Shown: positions 17,445-28,452 of the stretch, piece by piece
Numbering within the stretch: position 1 is the stretch's first letter
Layout: each line of letters opens with the position of its first letter
From: an uncultured Candidatus Saccharibacteria bacterium
Lineage (GTDB): Bacteria; Patescibacteriota; Saccharimonadia; Saccharimonadales; Saccharimonadaceae
Direction of reading: 5' to 3'
DNA: 38,344 nucleotides
Assembly (NCBI GenBank): GCA_964566585.1
Contig: CAZMIW010000001.1
Location: 4,091-42,434, forward strand
The notes under the pieces: model-generated
Database searches by the model: none
Told to the model about the DNA's origin: nothing
Seen by the model: only the letters and a program-made list of their open reading frames with translations
Made by a program: the position numbers and the translations under genes

Positions 17445-18407
17445 ATGAAGACATATTTAATCACAGGGGGCGCGGGGTTTATCGGCTCTACTCTCACGGA
17501 GAGATTGCTTCGTGAGGGAAACAGAATCATCATCGTGGATAATTTTAATGATTTTTATAACCCAGAGTTAAAAAAAGATAATATCAGACCATTTCTTGAG
17601 AATAGAGATTTTCAAATTTATCAGGTTGATATTAGAGACAAGAGTGGACTGGAGACAGTATTTAAGGAAAATGACGTAGATGCCATTATGCATCTTGCGG
17701 CGATGGCAGGAGTAAGGCCATCAATTGAGAATCCATTGCTATATCAGGACGTAAACGGAATGGGTACGCAGAATGTTCTGGAGATGGCTAGAAAGTATGG
17801 GGTAAAGAAATTGGCCTTGGCATCATCGTCATCCGTTTATGGAAATTGCAAAGAGGTTCCGTTCAGAGAAGATATGATAGTGGATTTTGCGATTTCACCA
17901 TATGCAGCGACTAAAAAAGCAAATGAGGTAATGGCGCACGTGTACCATAAATTGTTTGATATGGATATCGTGATGCTCCGGTTTTTCACTGTATATGGCC
18001 CAAAACAACGCCCTGACCTTGCAATTAACAAATTTGCAAGAATGATGGTTAACGGTGAAAAAATCCCTATGTTTGGCGATGGGTCGACATCTAGAGATTA
18101 CACTTATGTTGACGATATTGTGGATGGTATTTGTAGAACGTTTAGTTATCTAGACAGCAACAATGGTGTTTATGAAGTTATAAACCTTGGCAGCAATAAT
18201 CCGATTTCTCTCAAAGAAATGATAGAGGTAGTTGGGGAAATTCTTGGAATCAAACCAGAAATTGAACAATTACCTATGCAGCTTGGTGATGTGGACAGGA
18301 CTTATGCTGATATTACAAAGGCAAAAAGGCTATTGGGGTATGAACCGACCATTGATTTCAGTGAAGGTGTTAGACGTTTTGTGAGATGGTCACAGAGTAG
18401 AAAATAG
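17445..18407 (+). CDS. NAD-dependent epimerase (UDP-glucuronate 4-epimerase-like)
   Basis: TGGAGFIG, HLAAMAGVRPS, SSSSVYG, YAATK, LRFFTVYGP.QRPDLA. Confidence 0.9.
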   Translation: MKTYLITGGAGFIGSTLTERLLREGNRIIIVDNFNDFYNPELKKDNIRPFLENRDFQIYQVDIRDKSGLETVFKENDVDAIMHLAAMAGVRPSIENPLLYQDVNGMGTQNVLEMARKYGVKKLALASSSSVYGNCKEVPFREDMIVDFAISPYAATKKANEVMAHVYHKLFDMDIVMLRFFTVYGPKQRPDLAINKFARMMVNGEKIPMFGDGSTSRDYTYVDDIVDGICRTFSYLDSNNGVYEVINLGSNNPISLKEMIEVVGEILGIKPEIEQLPMQLGDVDRTYADITKAKRLLGYEPTIDFSEGVRRFVRWSQSRK

Positions 18408-18411
18408 GATG

Positions 18412-19527
18412 TTATCGGGAGGCTATAATCATTGCTTGTAACCTGCGGTTACTGAGTACTTTGCTGTAGAGCCTTGTTGCATTGTAGGCAACAATAGACA
18501 CGACAATGCTGAGACCAGTTGAGATGCAGATGAAGGAGGAGAGTCTGCTTGTCCCAAGCGACATTAAAAGCATTGCGTTCATAATCCACATATGGTTTAA
18601 GTAAAGCGGCAACGATAGCTTTTCTAAGTAAAAACTTAGCTTATTATCTGTTATTTTGCGGGTTATTGGTATGTCAGAAAATGCAATACTAACCCCTAGG
18701 AACAAAGTAACAATCATGAAACTATCATATTTTTGATGAGAATTCGGTAAGCATGATATGAAAAATGTTGAGGTAAAACATGCAATATAGAATAGCGTGA
18801 GTAATACTTTTGCAAGTCGCGTGAACTTTATAGAATTTAATTTTTCGGTCAGTGCGAAGGAAAGACTTCCTAGTGATAGCCCGGCTATAGCTGATAAGAG
18901 TGATTTTGGTAGATAGCCAAAGTAATAAATATCTGAGTGTGAGTAAGAACCATTGTCCATCTTATTCATAAACCCAAACAATAGAAGAACTATAAGTGGT
19001 GATATGATGAGGATAAAGTTTTTCTTATGTTTGACTATGAGTGGGTAGAGTATCATCATTCCTGCGAGCATGACTGAGATATACCATGCGACCCCTACGA
19101 ATTTTCTGTGAGCGATGAATGATTGTGGCAAAACGAATAAACTAAAGATGGAATTAAGTATTGTTTGCAAGGTGATTTCTTCGCCGCGTACAATATTGAC
19201 AATTAATCCCGCAATAAAGGCAAATAGAATAAACGGGAAGAAGACTTTAATTTTTTTCCAGATAAAGTTGAAGGTGAGTTTCCCTAAACTGCTAGTATCT
19301 TGCTGAACATCTTTGCCGAGCGCGTTTTTTGTCATAAGATACCCTGATACGATGAAAAAGAAGAATATACCTATACTTCCGCCGATAAAATTAAATGGGG
19401 AGTTAGCGAATTCTGGATTGTAAGTTTCTGCGTGACGGAATAAAATAAGAAGGCTGAAAAGAAATTTCCAGATGGCTATAGTGGAATTGTGTTTCTTCGC
19501 ATGGGGGGCGTTGGATTTGATGGCCAT
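18412..19527 (-). CDS. Acyltransferase family 3 (membrane O-acyltransferase)
   Basis: ILFRH, FFFIVSGYL, WYIS, SLPLYLNH; multi-TM. Confidence 0.85.
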   Translation of the reverse strand: MAIKSNAPHAKKHNSTIAIWKFLFSLLILFRHAETYNPEFANSPFNFIGGSIGIFFFFIVSGYLMTKNALGKDVQQDTSSLGKLTFNFIWKKIKVFFPFILFAFIAGLIVNIVRGEEITLQTILNSIFSLFVLPQSFIAHRKFVGVAWYISVMLAGMMILYPLIVKHKKNFILIISPLIVLLLFGFMNKMDNGSYSHSDIYYFGYLPKSLLSAIAGLSLGSLSFALTEKLNSIKFTRLAKVLLTLFYIACFTSTFFISCLPNSHQKYDSFMIVTLFLGVSIAFSDIPITRKITDNKLSFYLEKLSLPLYLNHMWIMNAMLLMSLGTSRLSSFICISTGLSIVVSIVAYNATRLYSKVLSNRRLQAMIIASR

Positions 19528-19655
19528 ATCTGTCAATATTATATCACAAAAATGTGAAAGTAAAAAGACGTCTGTACTGGTTCAAGACATTTGAGATTGT
19601 AGGATTAACGAACATTGACATTGAAAAAAAGGAATATACGATGTATAATTGTAGC

Positions 19656-20831
19656 ATGATTTTGAGATTGATGGCAGAAAATTATCGAAGTATTGAAAAA
19701 GTCGATATTTGGTTCAATAAGATGAATGTTCTGGTAGGGAAAAATGGTGCAGGGAAGACGACATTGATTTCGATTATTGAGCTAGTAAAAGAAATTGCTA
19801 GCGGGAAAGATATAAATGCAATAATAAATGAGGACTCATCACGCGGTGGACTATTCAATGTAAATGTCCAAAAAGACAACACGAGGGTAGAGCTATTATT
19901 GCAGACGCCGGACGATCAGCAGTACGTGTATTCTTTTTCAATTGGCGTAGGGAGCGTTGGTCGTGATGGCGCCTATTACTTTTCTGAAGAAAGTTTATGT
20001 CGAAAGACTGAGCAAGGAGAAGACAATGTATTTGAGCGCGACGTGAAAGGAAATACCATAAAAGTAGGTCCTGATAGAGTTAGCGTGCCACAACGTGTTG
20101 CCGGGGGCGTTGCGGTATTGAGTATGTTTGCTCAAGAACAAACGAGAATGATTGCAGATTTATTGTCTTCATACTCTGTAATTTGGCTAGATGGGGGAGT
20201 AAGCAACGAGGATGGGTGGACTGTGATTTCCGCGAATGATCTAGATTTGTCTAGGGTTGATGATGTTGCAGTGGGTTTATATTTAAAGGATGCAAGTGCG
20301 TTTTCCGAGGCTGTTGAGCAGATAAGCGAAATTATTCCAGGTTTTGAAGCGCCATTGATTCGCAAATTGCCGTTTGATACTGACGACAATGTTACTGGTG
20401 CATCTAGAGTTGGATATGTGGTGGGATGGCATGATTGTGATTATGCTAAAACAGCTACAATTAGTAGTTCGTCTCTTTCTGGTGGTAATAGCAGAGTAAT
20501 ATATCTAATTTTAAGTTTGTATTTTTCTGATGCAAAATCGTGTTTCGTGGCCGAAGAGATAGAAAATGGGATGCATGCGGCAAGGCTGTCGATTTTGATG
20601 GACAAGCTGAGAATGATTGGAAAGAATAGGAAGATTCAATTATTCTTTACTACACATAGCCATTTGATTTTGAATGATTTGTTGCCTATGGAGGTCATTT
20701 TAGCTAAGTTGGGAGAGAATGGTTCGGAGTATGTAAGGTTGTCTGACTCTTCTGAATATAGCGAAATAGTAAAGGATCTAGGACGTCAACCTACTAGTAA
20801 GGAGATAGCTGAGTCGGGATTGGTGTTTTGA
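19656..20831 (+). CDS. ABC/AAA-type ATPase (AAA_15/AAA_21-like), putative defence component
   Basis: ENYRSI, Walker A GKNGAGKT, LSGG signature, EEIENGMH, FTTHS; no TM segments; TTGAAA-17-TATAAT promoter. Confidence 0.88.
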   Translation: MILRLMAENYRSIEKVDIWFNKMNVLVGKNGAGKTTLISIIELVKEIASGKDINAIINEDSSRGGLFNVNVQKDNTRVELLLQTPDDQQYVYSFSIGVGSVGRDGAYYFSEESLCRKTEQGEDNVFERDVKGNTIKVGPDRVSVPQRVAGGVAVLSMFAQEQTRMIADLLSSYSVIWLDGGVSNEDGWTVISANDLDLSRVDDVAVGLYLKDASAFSEAVEQISEIIPGFEAPLIRKLPFDTDDNVTGASRVGYVVGWHDCDYAKTATISSSSLSGGNSRVIYLILSLYFSDAKSCFVAEEIENGMHAARLSILMDKLRMIGKNRKIQLFFTTHSHLILNDLLPMEVILAKLGENGSEYVRLSDSSEYSEIVKDLGRQPTSKEIAESGLVF

Positions 20832-20832
20832 T

Positions 20833-21423
20833 ATGAAGACGACGAGAGTAGGAATTGCTTATGAGGGCGGCAGTGATATAGAAGTTTTAAAAATATGGAC
20901 AAGGCGGATTTTTGGTGAATGTGGATTGAACTGTGAAGATATGTTATTTAGTGATGCTACTCCGTCTACAGGGCTTTTGGGCTTTTTGCCAGTATTTATG
21001 AGAAAGTTTGACGATGAGAGAGCGGTTATGGCCGTTTTTTGTACGGATCAGGACAAAGACGCGGACTCCAGAAGAAGACAAATTATGCAAAGGGCTATGG
21101 AAATTAATCCTGCGTTTGCGGAAAGGGTTGTAGCGGCTGTGCCTAGCCCGCATATTGAGAAGTGGTTGCTTCTACAGGATAGTGTAGTAAAAAATATCTT
21201 AATGTTGGATGGGGCGGAAAAATTACCACACGCAAATGAACAACCTAAGTATCAATTGACGATGCTTTATAGCGAGAGCAATTATAAAGGAAGCTTGCGG
21301 GAACTAAAAATGCAAATTGCGAAGGAAATGGATTTGGGATATTCAGCAAGGAATAATGCCGAATTTGGACATTTCTTGCAAGATGTGATGAACATAGCAA
21401 ATAGATTAAAGGAGGAGATATGA
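20833..21423 (+). CDS. TOPRIM-like partner (RloB/DUF4276-like)
   Basis: [24 protein letters not shown]; starts 1 nt after the ATPase stop. Confidence 0.65.
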   Translation: MKTTRVGIAYEGGSDIEVLKIWTRRIFGECGLNCEDMLFSDATPSTGLLGFLPVFMRKFDDERAVMAVFCTDQDKDADSRRRQIMQRAMEINPAFAERVVAAVPSPHIEKWLLLQDSVVKNILMLDGAEKLPHANEQPKYQLTMLYSESNYKGSLRELKMQIAKEMDLGYSARNNAEFGHFLQDVMNIANRLKEEI

Positions 21424-22598
21424 AAATAGCAGTTGCAGGAACGGGATATGTGGGGCTGTCTTTGGCGGTTTTGCTGTCTCAAGAGAATGAAGTTTGGGCG
21501 CTAGATGTGGTGCCGGAGAAGGTGGAGATGATAAATGCGCGGCGGTCGCCGATCTCTGATGAGTATATTGAGAAGTTTCTGGCCGAGAAGGATTTGAATC
21601 TTCGGGCGACTTTGGATTTTCGTGAGGCATTTTCGGGGGCGGAGTTTGTGATTATTTCTACCCCGACGAATTATGATGAGGAGCAAAATTTCTTTGACAC
21701 TTCTTCGGTGGAAGATATAATTTCTAAGGTGTTGAGCCTTCCGGATTGTAATGCGACGATGGTAGTAAAATCGACCATTCCGGTGGGATTTATTCGGAGG
21801 ATGCGAGAAAAATATCAGACGGATAGGATTTTCTTTTCGCCGGAGTTTCTCCGAGAAGGGAAAGCACTTTATGATAATCTTTACCCGTCTAGAATTATCG
21901 TAGGCGACGAGACGCCAGAGGCGCATAAATTTGCGGAGCTTTTGGTCTCGGCGGCCGAGAAGAAGGGCGTGCCAGTATTGTTCATGAATTCGACCGAGGC
22001 AGAGGCAGTAAAATTATTTGCGAACACCTATCTTGCTCTTCGAGTGGCGTACTTTAACGAGCTTGATACATATGCTCTATCTAAAGGACTTGATACAAAA
22101 GACATTATTGCGGGAGTATCCCTAGATCCAAGGATTGGCGATTTTTACAACAATCCGTCGTTTGGGTATGGCGGGTATTGCCTCCCGAAAGATACGAAAC
22201 AGTTGCTTGCGAATTATAAAGACGTACCGCAAAATTTGATTTCGGCAATTGTATCGGCAAACGAGACGAGGAAAGAGTTTATCGTTTCGGAGATCATGAA
22301 GCTCGGACCGGAAGTGGTAGGGGTCTATCGCCTGACGATGAAGGCGGGGAGTGATAATTTTCGCTCTAGTGCGATTCAGGATATTATGCGGATGCTGCGG
22401 GCGCGGGGCGTAGAGGTGATTATCTTTGAACCGACGCTTTCCTCGGACGAGGATATGCTTTATGACGATTTTCCGATTATAAATGACCTTGAGGCGTTTA
22501 AAGAAAATTCTTCGGTGATTGTGGCGAATCGGCTAGAGCCGGAGATTGCGGACGTTTCGGAGAAGGTTTATACAAGAGACTTGTTTAGTAGAGACTAG
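21420..22598 (+). CDS. ugd: UDP-glucose 6-dehydrogenase
   Basis: [45 protein letters not shown]. Confidence 0.96.
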   Translation: MKIAVAGTGYVGLSLAVLLSQENEVWALDVVPEKVEMINARRSPISDEYIEKFLAEKDLNLRATLDFREAFSGAEFVIISTPTNYDEEQNFFDTSSVEDIISKVLSLPDCNATMVVKSTIPVGFIRRMREKYQTDRIFFSPEFLREGKALYDNLYPSRIIVGDETPEAHKFAELLVSAAEKKGVPVLFMNSTEAEAVKLFANTYLALRVAYFNELDTYALSKGLDTKDIIAGVSLDPRIGDFYNNPSFGYGGYCLPKDTKQLLANYKDVPQNLISAIVSANETRKEFIVSEIMKLGPEVVGVYRLTMKAGSDNFRSSAIQDIMRMLRARGVEVIIFEPTLSSDEDMLYDDFPIINDLEAFKENSSVIVANRLEPEIADVSEKVYTRDLFSRD

Positions 22599-22637
22599 CC
22601 CATTTATTTCGGGGGTAAAATATGGTATAATTTGAGT

Positions 22638-23630
22638 ATGAAAATTTTGATTACAGGAGCGAGGGGGATGCTGGCTCAGGCGGTGCGGGAGAAGTTCGCG
22701 CGGGATGGTCAGAATGAGATTGTTTTGACGGACCTTTCGGGGCGGAAAGTCGGAGGAGAAGAGGTTTCTAGCAACGGGAATTCAGAGGTGGATGGCCTCT
22801 TTTTGGATATTACTGACATAGAGAGTATAAAAAATGTATTCAATGAGATTCGGCCGGAGCTCGTGATTAACTGTGCGGCATATACGGCAGTAGACAAGGC
22901 GGAGACGCAGGAAGAATTAGTCTATAAAATCAATGCCGAAGGGCCGGGGAACCTCGCAAGAGCCTGTGCGGCGCTCGGAAAAAGTGAAAATTGGAATGGA
23001 ATGGAGGGCGGGCCGATACTTGTACATATCTCGACAGATTATGTTTTTGGCGGGAGTAAGCCGATTACGGAGGAATATCTTGAGGATGACGAGAAGAAGC
23101 CGGAAACAGTCTATGGCAAGATGAAACTCGCGGGGGAAGAGCAGATTGCTATTTCGGGGTGTAATTACTACATTTTTAGAACTGCGTGGCTATATGGTGA
23201 AGGTTCGAATTTCGTAAGGACAATGATTAAAGTTTCAGAGGGCAGAGAGGAAGTTTCGGTGGTTGATGATCAGCATGGTAGCCCGACTTACACCGAGGAT
23301 TTGACTAGTATCATTTATCAGGCGGTAACCAAACATATTCCATTTGGAATCTATAATGCGACTGACCTTGGCTTTACGACATGGGCAGAGTTTACAGAGA
23401 AGATTTATGAGCTTTCTGGAATCAATTGCAAGGTAATTGGAATTTCGAGCGCGGAATATGAGGCGCAGGCAAAGGCAAAAGCCGGGGAAAATTATAAAGT
23501 CGCGAAGCGGCCGCTAAACTCGAAAATGAGCAAACAGAAATTGCTCGACGCAGGGGTAGAAATTCCGACGTGGGAAGATGGGCTAAAGCGATATCTCGAC
23601 GGGGAAGATAATAAGATTGTAAAGAGTTAA
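22638..23630 (+). CDS. rmlD: dTDP-4-dehydrorhamnose reductase
   Basis: TGARGML, NCAAYTAVDKAE, ISTDYVF, YGKMK, DDQHGSPT. Confidence 0.95.
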   Translation: MKILITGARGMLAQAVREKFARDGQNEIVLTDLSGRKVGGEEVSSNGNSEVDGLFLDITDIESIKNVFNEIRPELVINCAAYTAVDKAETQEELVYKINAEGPGNLARACAALGKSENWNGMEGGPILVHISTDYVFGGSKPITEEYLEDDEKKPETVYGKMKLAGEEQIAISGCNYYIFRTAWLYGEGSNFVRTMIKVSEGREEVSVVDDQHGSPTYTEDLTSIIYQAVTKHIPFGIYNATDLGFTTWAEFTEKIYELSGINCKVIGISSAEYEAQAKAKAGENYKVAKRPLNSKMSKQKLLDAGVEIPTWEDGLKRYLDGEDNKIVKS

Positions 23631-23647
23631 ACTAAAGAAAGGAGTTT

Positions 23648-24529
23648 ATGAAAAATAGAAAAGGAATTATCTTAGCGGGGGGGAGCGGGACGCGGCTATA
23701 CCCGCTCACGATGGCGCTGTCGAAACAGCTGATGCCGGTTTATGACAAGCCGATGATCTACTACCCGATTTCGGCTCTGATGATGGCGGGGATTCGGGAG
23801 ATTTTAATTATTACGACGCCGAGAGACAACCAGAGCTTTCGGGAGCTCCTCGGGGACGGCTCGAAATGGGGAATGAGATTTGAATACATGATCCAAGATA
23901 ATCCGAATGGTCTCGCCGAGGCGTTTATCCTAGGCGAGGACTTTATCGGGGAAGACAACGTCGCGCTAATCCTCGGTGACAACCTATTCTACGGGGAGAA
24001 TTTGCAACGAATCTTAACAAAAGCCAATTCTGACGAGGAACATTCAACAATTTTTGGCTATACCGTCAAAGATCCGGAGAGATACGGAGTCGTAGAGATG
24101 GACGCGGAAGGAAACGCCATCTCGATTGTCGAGAAGCCGGAAAATCCGCGGACAAATCTCGCGGTGCCGGGGCTCTATTTCTACACTAACGGCGTAATAG
24201 AAATTGCCAAAAATGTCCAGCCGAGTGAGAGAGGAGAGCTCGAGATTACCTCGGTGAACGAGGAGTATATGAAACGGAAGCAGCTAAAAGTCGTGAAGCT
24301 CGGGCGGGGGATGGCGTGGTTCGATACCGGAACACACGATGCGTTAATTGAAACAGCGCAATTTGTCCAGACGATCGAAAAACGGCAAGGGATGCTGATT
24401 TGCAGCCCGGACGAAATTGCATACGATAACGGCTGGATTAGAAAGGGCGACTTGAGAGAATTGGCCCTGCCACTCAAAAAGACCGAATATGGCAAGAGCC
24501 TGCTCGCGATTTCGGAGGGGGAAGTTTAA
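23648..24529 (+). CDS. rmlA: Glucose-1-phosphate thymidylyltransferase
   Basis: [43 protein letters not shown]. Confidence 0.97.
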   Translation: MKNRKGIILAGGSGTRLYPLTMALSKQLMPVYDKPMIYYPISALMMAGIREILIITTPRDNQSFRELLGDGSKWGMRFEYMIQDNPNGLAEAFILGEDFIGEDNVALILGDNLFYGENLQRILTKANSDEEHSTIFGYTVKDPERYGVVEMDAEGNAISIVEKPENPRTNLAVPGLYFYTNGVIEIAKNVQPSERGELEITSVNEEYMKRKQLKVVKLGRGMAWFDTGTHDALIETAQFVQTIEKRQGMLICSPDEIAYDNGWIRKGDLRELALPLKKTEYGKSLLAISEGEV

Positions 24530-25212
24530 TGAACGAGAATTTAGGAGTTGGAGCGGGGGAAGCTAAAAACGGCGGGGAAGTAGTTGAGGCGGGGAATTTT
24601 CGATTTGAGAAATTGGAGATACCGGGGCTCGTCGTGATTACGCCAAAGGTTTTCCCAGACGAGCGGGGGTATTTCTTAGAGACTTATTCAGAAAAAGATT
24701 TTGCGAAGGCGGGAATTGACTGTAAATTCGTACAAGATAACCAATCGGGCTCGACTTTTGGGGTGCTTCGGGGTCTTCATTTTCAGAAGGAGCATCCGCA
24801 GGCGAAATTAGTCCGAGCGACTTTTGGGCAAGTCTTTGATGTGGCGGTGGACCTCCGCGAGGGCTCGCCGACATTTGGAAAATGGCACGGAGTTTTACTT
24901 ACGGACGAAAATAAAAAACAATTCTTTATCCCGAAGGGATTTGCGCATGGTTTTGTAGTGCTGTCGGGAAAGGCGGAGTTTACTTATAAATGCGACGATT
25001 TTTATGCGCCGGGAGACGAAGGCGGGCTAATCTGGAACGACCCAGAGGTCGGGATTGAATGGCCGATTGAAGGCTTTCTTGAGGCGGATGGCTCGGAAAA
25101 TGCTTCGGTGGCGCAAGTTGAAAAGCTAAAAAAAGAGGACATAATTTTATCAGAAAAAGACCAGAAGCACCCGGGGCTTTCCGAGGTATTTAGATTTAAG
25201 GGGCTAATTTAA
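24529..25212 (+). CDS. rmlC: dTDP-4-dehydrorhamnose 3,5-epimerase
   Basis: DERGYFLE, FVQDN, VLRGLHFQ, DVAVDLR.GSPTFG, GFAHGF. Confidence 0.96.
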   Translation: MNENLGVGAGEAKNGGEVVEAGNFRFEKLEIPGLVVITPKVFPDERGYFLETYSEKDFAKAGIDCKFVQDNQSGSTFGVLRGLHFQKEHPQAKLVRATFGQVFDVAVDLREGSPTFGKWHGVLLTDENKKQFFIPKGFAHGFVVLSGKAEFTYKCDDFYAPGDEGGLIWNDPEVGIEWPIEGFLEADGSENASVAQVEKLKKEDIILSEKDQKHPGLSEVFRFKGLI

Positions 25213-25226
25213 GAAAGGAGCGAATA

Positions 25227-26207
25227 ATGAATATTTTAGTAACAGGGGCGGCGGGGTTTATCGGAAGCAATTTCGTGCATTATTACACCGAGAAACATCC
25301 GGAGGATAAAATAATTGTACTAGACAAATTGACCTATGCCGGAAATCTTTTGAACTTGGCGCCGCTTGTCGACGAGGAAGGAGAATCTAAGGACGAGAGA
25401 GTCGAATTTGTCCGAGGAGATATTTGCGACAGGGAATTGGTGTCGAAGATTTTTAGAGAGAAAGAGGTTTCGGGCGTGATTCATTTTGCGGCGGAGAGTC
25501 ATGTTGATAATTCGATTAAGAATCCGTCGATTTTTGTGGAAACAAATGTTTTAGGAACGCAAGTTTTGCTGGATACAGCGAAAGAGTTTTGGGGGGAGGG
25601 CTCTTCTCAGAAGTTCATACACATTTCTACAGACGAGGTGTATGGAACTTTGGGCGAAAATGGCTATTTTACGGAGTTGTCGCCTTATCAGCCTAATTCT
25701 CCGTATTCGGCAAGCAAGGCGGGGAGCGATATGCTTGCAAGGGCATATTTTGAAACCTTTAAGATGAACGTGAATATTACAAACTGCTCGAACAACTACG
25801 GTCCGTATCAACATCCGGAGAAATTAATTCCGACGATTATCAGGAAGGCTTTAAATGATGAGAAGGTGCCGGTTTATGGGGACGGGATGAACGTCCGGGA
25901 TTGGCTCTATGTCGAGGACCATTGCAAGGCGATTGACTTAGTATTTCACGAGGCGCCGGCGGGAGAGAAGTATTGTATTGGCGGACATAATGAAATGCAC
26001 AACATTGATATTGTAAAATTGATTTTGAAGAGGCTCGGGAAGTCTGAGGAGTTGATTGAGTTTGTCGAAGACAGAAAGGGACACGATTATCGCTATGCGA
26101 TTGATCCGACGAAGATTGGGAAAGAACTTGGCTGGGTGCCAGATACGAAGTTTGCGGATGGGATTGTGAAAACAGTTGATTGGTATTTGGCGGAGCGTTC
26201 ACTGTAG
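25227..26207 (+). CDS. rmlB: dTDP-glucose 4,6-dehydratase
   Basis: DKLTYAGN, HFAAESHVD, STDEVYG, YSASK, CSNNYGPYQ, RDWLYVEDH. Confidence 0.97.
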   Translation: MNILVTGAAGFIGSNFVHYYTEKHPEDKIIVLDKLTYAGNLLNLAPLVDEEGESKDERVEFVRGDICDRELVSKIFREKEVSGVIHFAAESHVDNSIKNPSIFVETNVLGTQVLLDTAKEFWGEGSSQKFIHISTDEVYGTLGENGYFTELSPYQPNSPYSASKAGSDMLARAYFETFKMNVNITNCSNNYGPYQHPEKLIPTIIRKALNDEKVPVYGDGMNVRDWLYVEDHCKAIDLVFHEAPAGEKYCIGGHNEMHNIDIVKLILKRLGKSEELIEFVEDRKGHDYRYAIDPTKIGKELGWVPDTKFADGIVKTVDWYLAERSL

Positions 26208-26257
26208 AGCGCTCTGGCGCGTTGTGTGTGACTTAATTTTTGTGATATAATATTAGT

Positions 26258-26653
26258 ATGAAGGAAACAATCGGGGAGATTTATAGAAAACACAAAAAGC
26301 TGTTTGTTCTGATGGTGATTTTATTAGTGTTATCATTGGGGCTGTTGGTATTTTCTTTGCTAAATTTGAAAATTTCAAATTCGACGGTACACGTCGGGTA
26401 TTCGGATATTGGGAGCTATCAGGGGGGAGATTTTACGGAGACAAAGGGAACCTCGGGGTATGTTTCGGGGAGATGGATGGATATGCTAGCCTTTCCGGTG
26501 CTTGCGATTATCCTAGGGGTGATGCATAATTTTATCGCAATTAAACTTTATAAGCGACGTGGGGAGGCCTCGGCGCGAGTGTTTGTGATGATGAGTATCT
26601 TAGTGTTGATTTCGGCGATATTAGTGCTTTGGCGCTTGACCGGAGAGGGATAA
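26258..26653 (+). CDS. Small 3-TM membrane protein
   Basis: Three hydrophobic helices; -10 box 6 nt upstream. Confidence 0.75.
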   Translation: MKETIGEIYRKHKKLFVLMVILLVLSLGLLVFSLLNLKISNSTVHVGYSDIGSYQGGDFTETKGTSGYVSGRWMDMLAFPVLAIILGVMHNFIAIKLYKRRGEASARVFVMMSILVLISAILVLWRLTGEG

Positions 26654-26682
26654 GAATAAAATTCTCAGGAGCGAGAGAGTAG

Positions 26683-28389
26683 ATGACCGCAAGAGAAGAA
26701 CAGGCAAAATTTCCAAAAGAGCTGGAGATCCCACAGGGGAAGAGAACAAAGACCTATCGGTTTTTTGAGATGCTTCCGGCGTTGTTGTCCTATGGGGTGA
26801 TAATTGGGCTGTTTGTGATTTCTTGGCTTTCGCCGACGGCGGGGGCGATTTATCTTTTGGTTATTATTACTATTACTTTAGTTCGGGCGATTGGGGTGGC
26901 AATACGGACGGTGCAGGGATACAATGTGATTCGGATGGCGATGAAAGTGGATTGGCATAAGCGGCTTGCGGAACTTTCTGATCCGCATAAAAATTTTGAA
27001 CGACTAAGAGGTAAGAGGGAGTGGACGGCGGCTGATTATGCGAAGATGGAAATAACGAATCAAGGATTTTCTAAAAACGAATTTAATTATTATGAACACA
27101 TCGAGAACCTAAGAGAGATGAGTGTAAGCCCGGAAAATTATCCGGATCCGGAGAAGATTTATAATGCGATTATTATGGTTGCGTATGATGAAGGATTGGA
27201 AACTCTGGTGCCGTCGATAGAGGCGGTTTTAAAATCTACCTTCCCGAGCGATAGAGTAATTTTTGTACTCGGCTATGAGGAACGGGGCGGTCCAGAGATG
27301 GAAGCGAGAGCGAAGGAGCTTCTAAAACAATATAAAAATAGATTTTATGATTTTCTAATCGTTAAGCACCCAGACGGCCTAGTTGGGGAAATAAAGGGTA
27401 AGGGCCCGAATTCGACTTATGCGGGGAAGGCGTTGCTCGCCTATGTAGAAAAGAAGAGGATACCGGTTTCAAACGTGATTGTGACGACGCTCGATGCGGA
27501 CAATCAGATGAGCCCGATGTATTTAGATTATTTGGCTTATGAATTTGTGACGCATCCGGAGCGGCAACACCTAGCCTATCAGCCGGTGGCGCTATTTATG
27601 AACAACATTTGGGATGCGGCGCCGCCGATGAGGGTGATTGCGACGTCGAATTCGTTTTTCAATGTGATTAATACAATGCGGCCACATTTAATTCGGAACT
27701 TTGCCTCGCATGCGCAGCCTCTTCAAGCGTTAGCGGAGATGGATTTTTGGAGCAAGCGGACGATTGTGGAAGATGGACATCAATATTGGCGGAGCCTGTT
27801 TTTCTTTAAAGGAGATTATAGGGTCTTGTCGATTAAGGTGCCGATTTATCAGGATGCTGTTATCGATCGGACGATTTGGCAGACTCTGAAGGCGCAGTTT
27901 ATACAACTGAGGCGATGGGACTATGGGGTGAGTGATGTGGCATACGTGGGCGAAAAATTAGTGAACAAAAAGAAGCGTCGGGTGCCGTTTTTCCAGCTGT
28001 TGCCGAAGTTTTCGAGCTTGCTCGGCGGGCATATTATGCTCGCGGCGATGAGTCCGATTGTAGCGTTTGGGGGCTGGGTGCCGCGGCTGGTGAATGAAAA
28101 TTCGCGCCAGCTCCTCACCTATAATTTGCCACAGACAGTCTCGACGATACAGGTGTTTGCGAGTATCGGTCTCTTTATTACGATTTTGTTCAGCCTCCGG
28201 ATGCTCCCGCCGAGACCTAAAAAGTATACAAGGTTTAAAAATGTGTTCATGGTTTTACAATGGGTATTGATGCCGATTGTGGCGATTTTATATCAAAGTG
28301 CGGCGGCGTTTTATGCGCAGACTCGCCTTCTGACTGGACATTATATGGAAAAATTTGATGTAACGAGAAAAGTTGTAAAGAGCAGCTGA
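26683..28389 (+). CDS. Membrane-embedded processive-type GT2 glycosyltransferase
   Basis: TM helices flanking LDAD, IVED and QLRRW (D,D,D,QxxRW signature). Confidence 0.88.
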   Translation: MTAREEQAKFPKELEIPQGKRTKTYRFFEMLPALLSYGVIIGLFVISWLSPTAGAIYLLVIITITLVRAIGVAIRTVQGYNVIRMAMKVDWHKRLAELSDPHKNFERLRGKREWTAADYAKMEITNQGFSKNEFNYYEHIENLREMSVSPENYPDPEKIYNAIIMVAYDEGLETLVPSIEAVLKSTFPSDRVIFVLGYEERGGPEMEARAKELLKQYKNRFYDFLIVKHPDGLVGEIKGKGPNSTYAGKALLAYVEKKRIPVSNVIVTTLDADNQMSPMYLDYLAYEFVTHPERQHLAYQPVALFMNNIWDAAPPMRVIATSNSFFNVINTMRPHLIRNFASHAQPLQALAEMDFWSKRTIVEDGHQYWRSLFFFKGDYRVLSIKVPIYQDAVIDRTIWQTLKAQFIQLRRWDYGVSDVAYVGEKLVNKKKRRVPFFQLLPKFSSLLGGHIMLAAMSPIVAFGGWVPRLVNENSRQLLTYNLPQTVSTIQVFASIGLFITILFSLRMLPPRPKKYTRFKNVFMVLQWVLMPIVAILYQSAAAFYAQTRLLTGHYMEKFDVTRKVVKSS

Positions 28390-28417
28390 TAAACCCTATA
28401 ATTTCTAATATTTTTGC

Positions 28418-28446
28418 TTGACTTTCATTTCGGATACGCTTATAAT
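28418..28446 (+). promoter_or_regulatory. Sigma70-type promoter of the pil operon
   Basis: TTGACT-17nt-TATAAT with ATG 6 nt downstream. Confidence 0.75.
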
Positions 28447-28452
28447 AGAACT

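Noticed and set aside
19554-19655. N-terminal extension of the ATPase
   Set aside because: It contains the -35/-10 promoter; the family-typical start is MILRL at 19656
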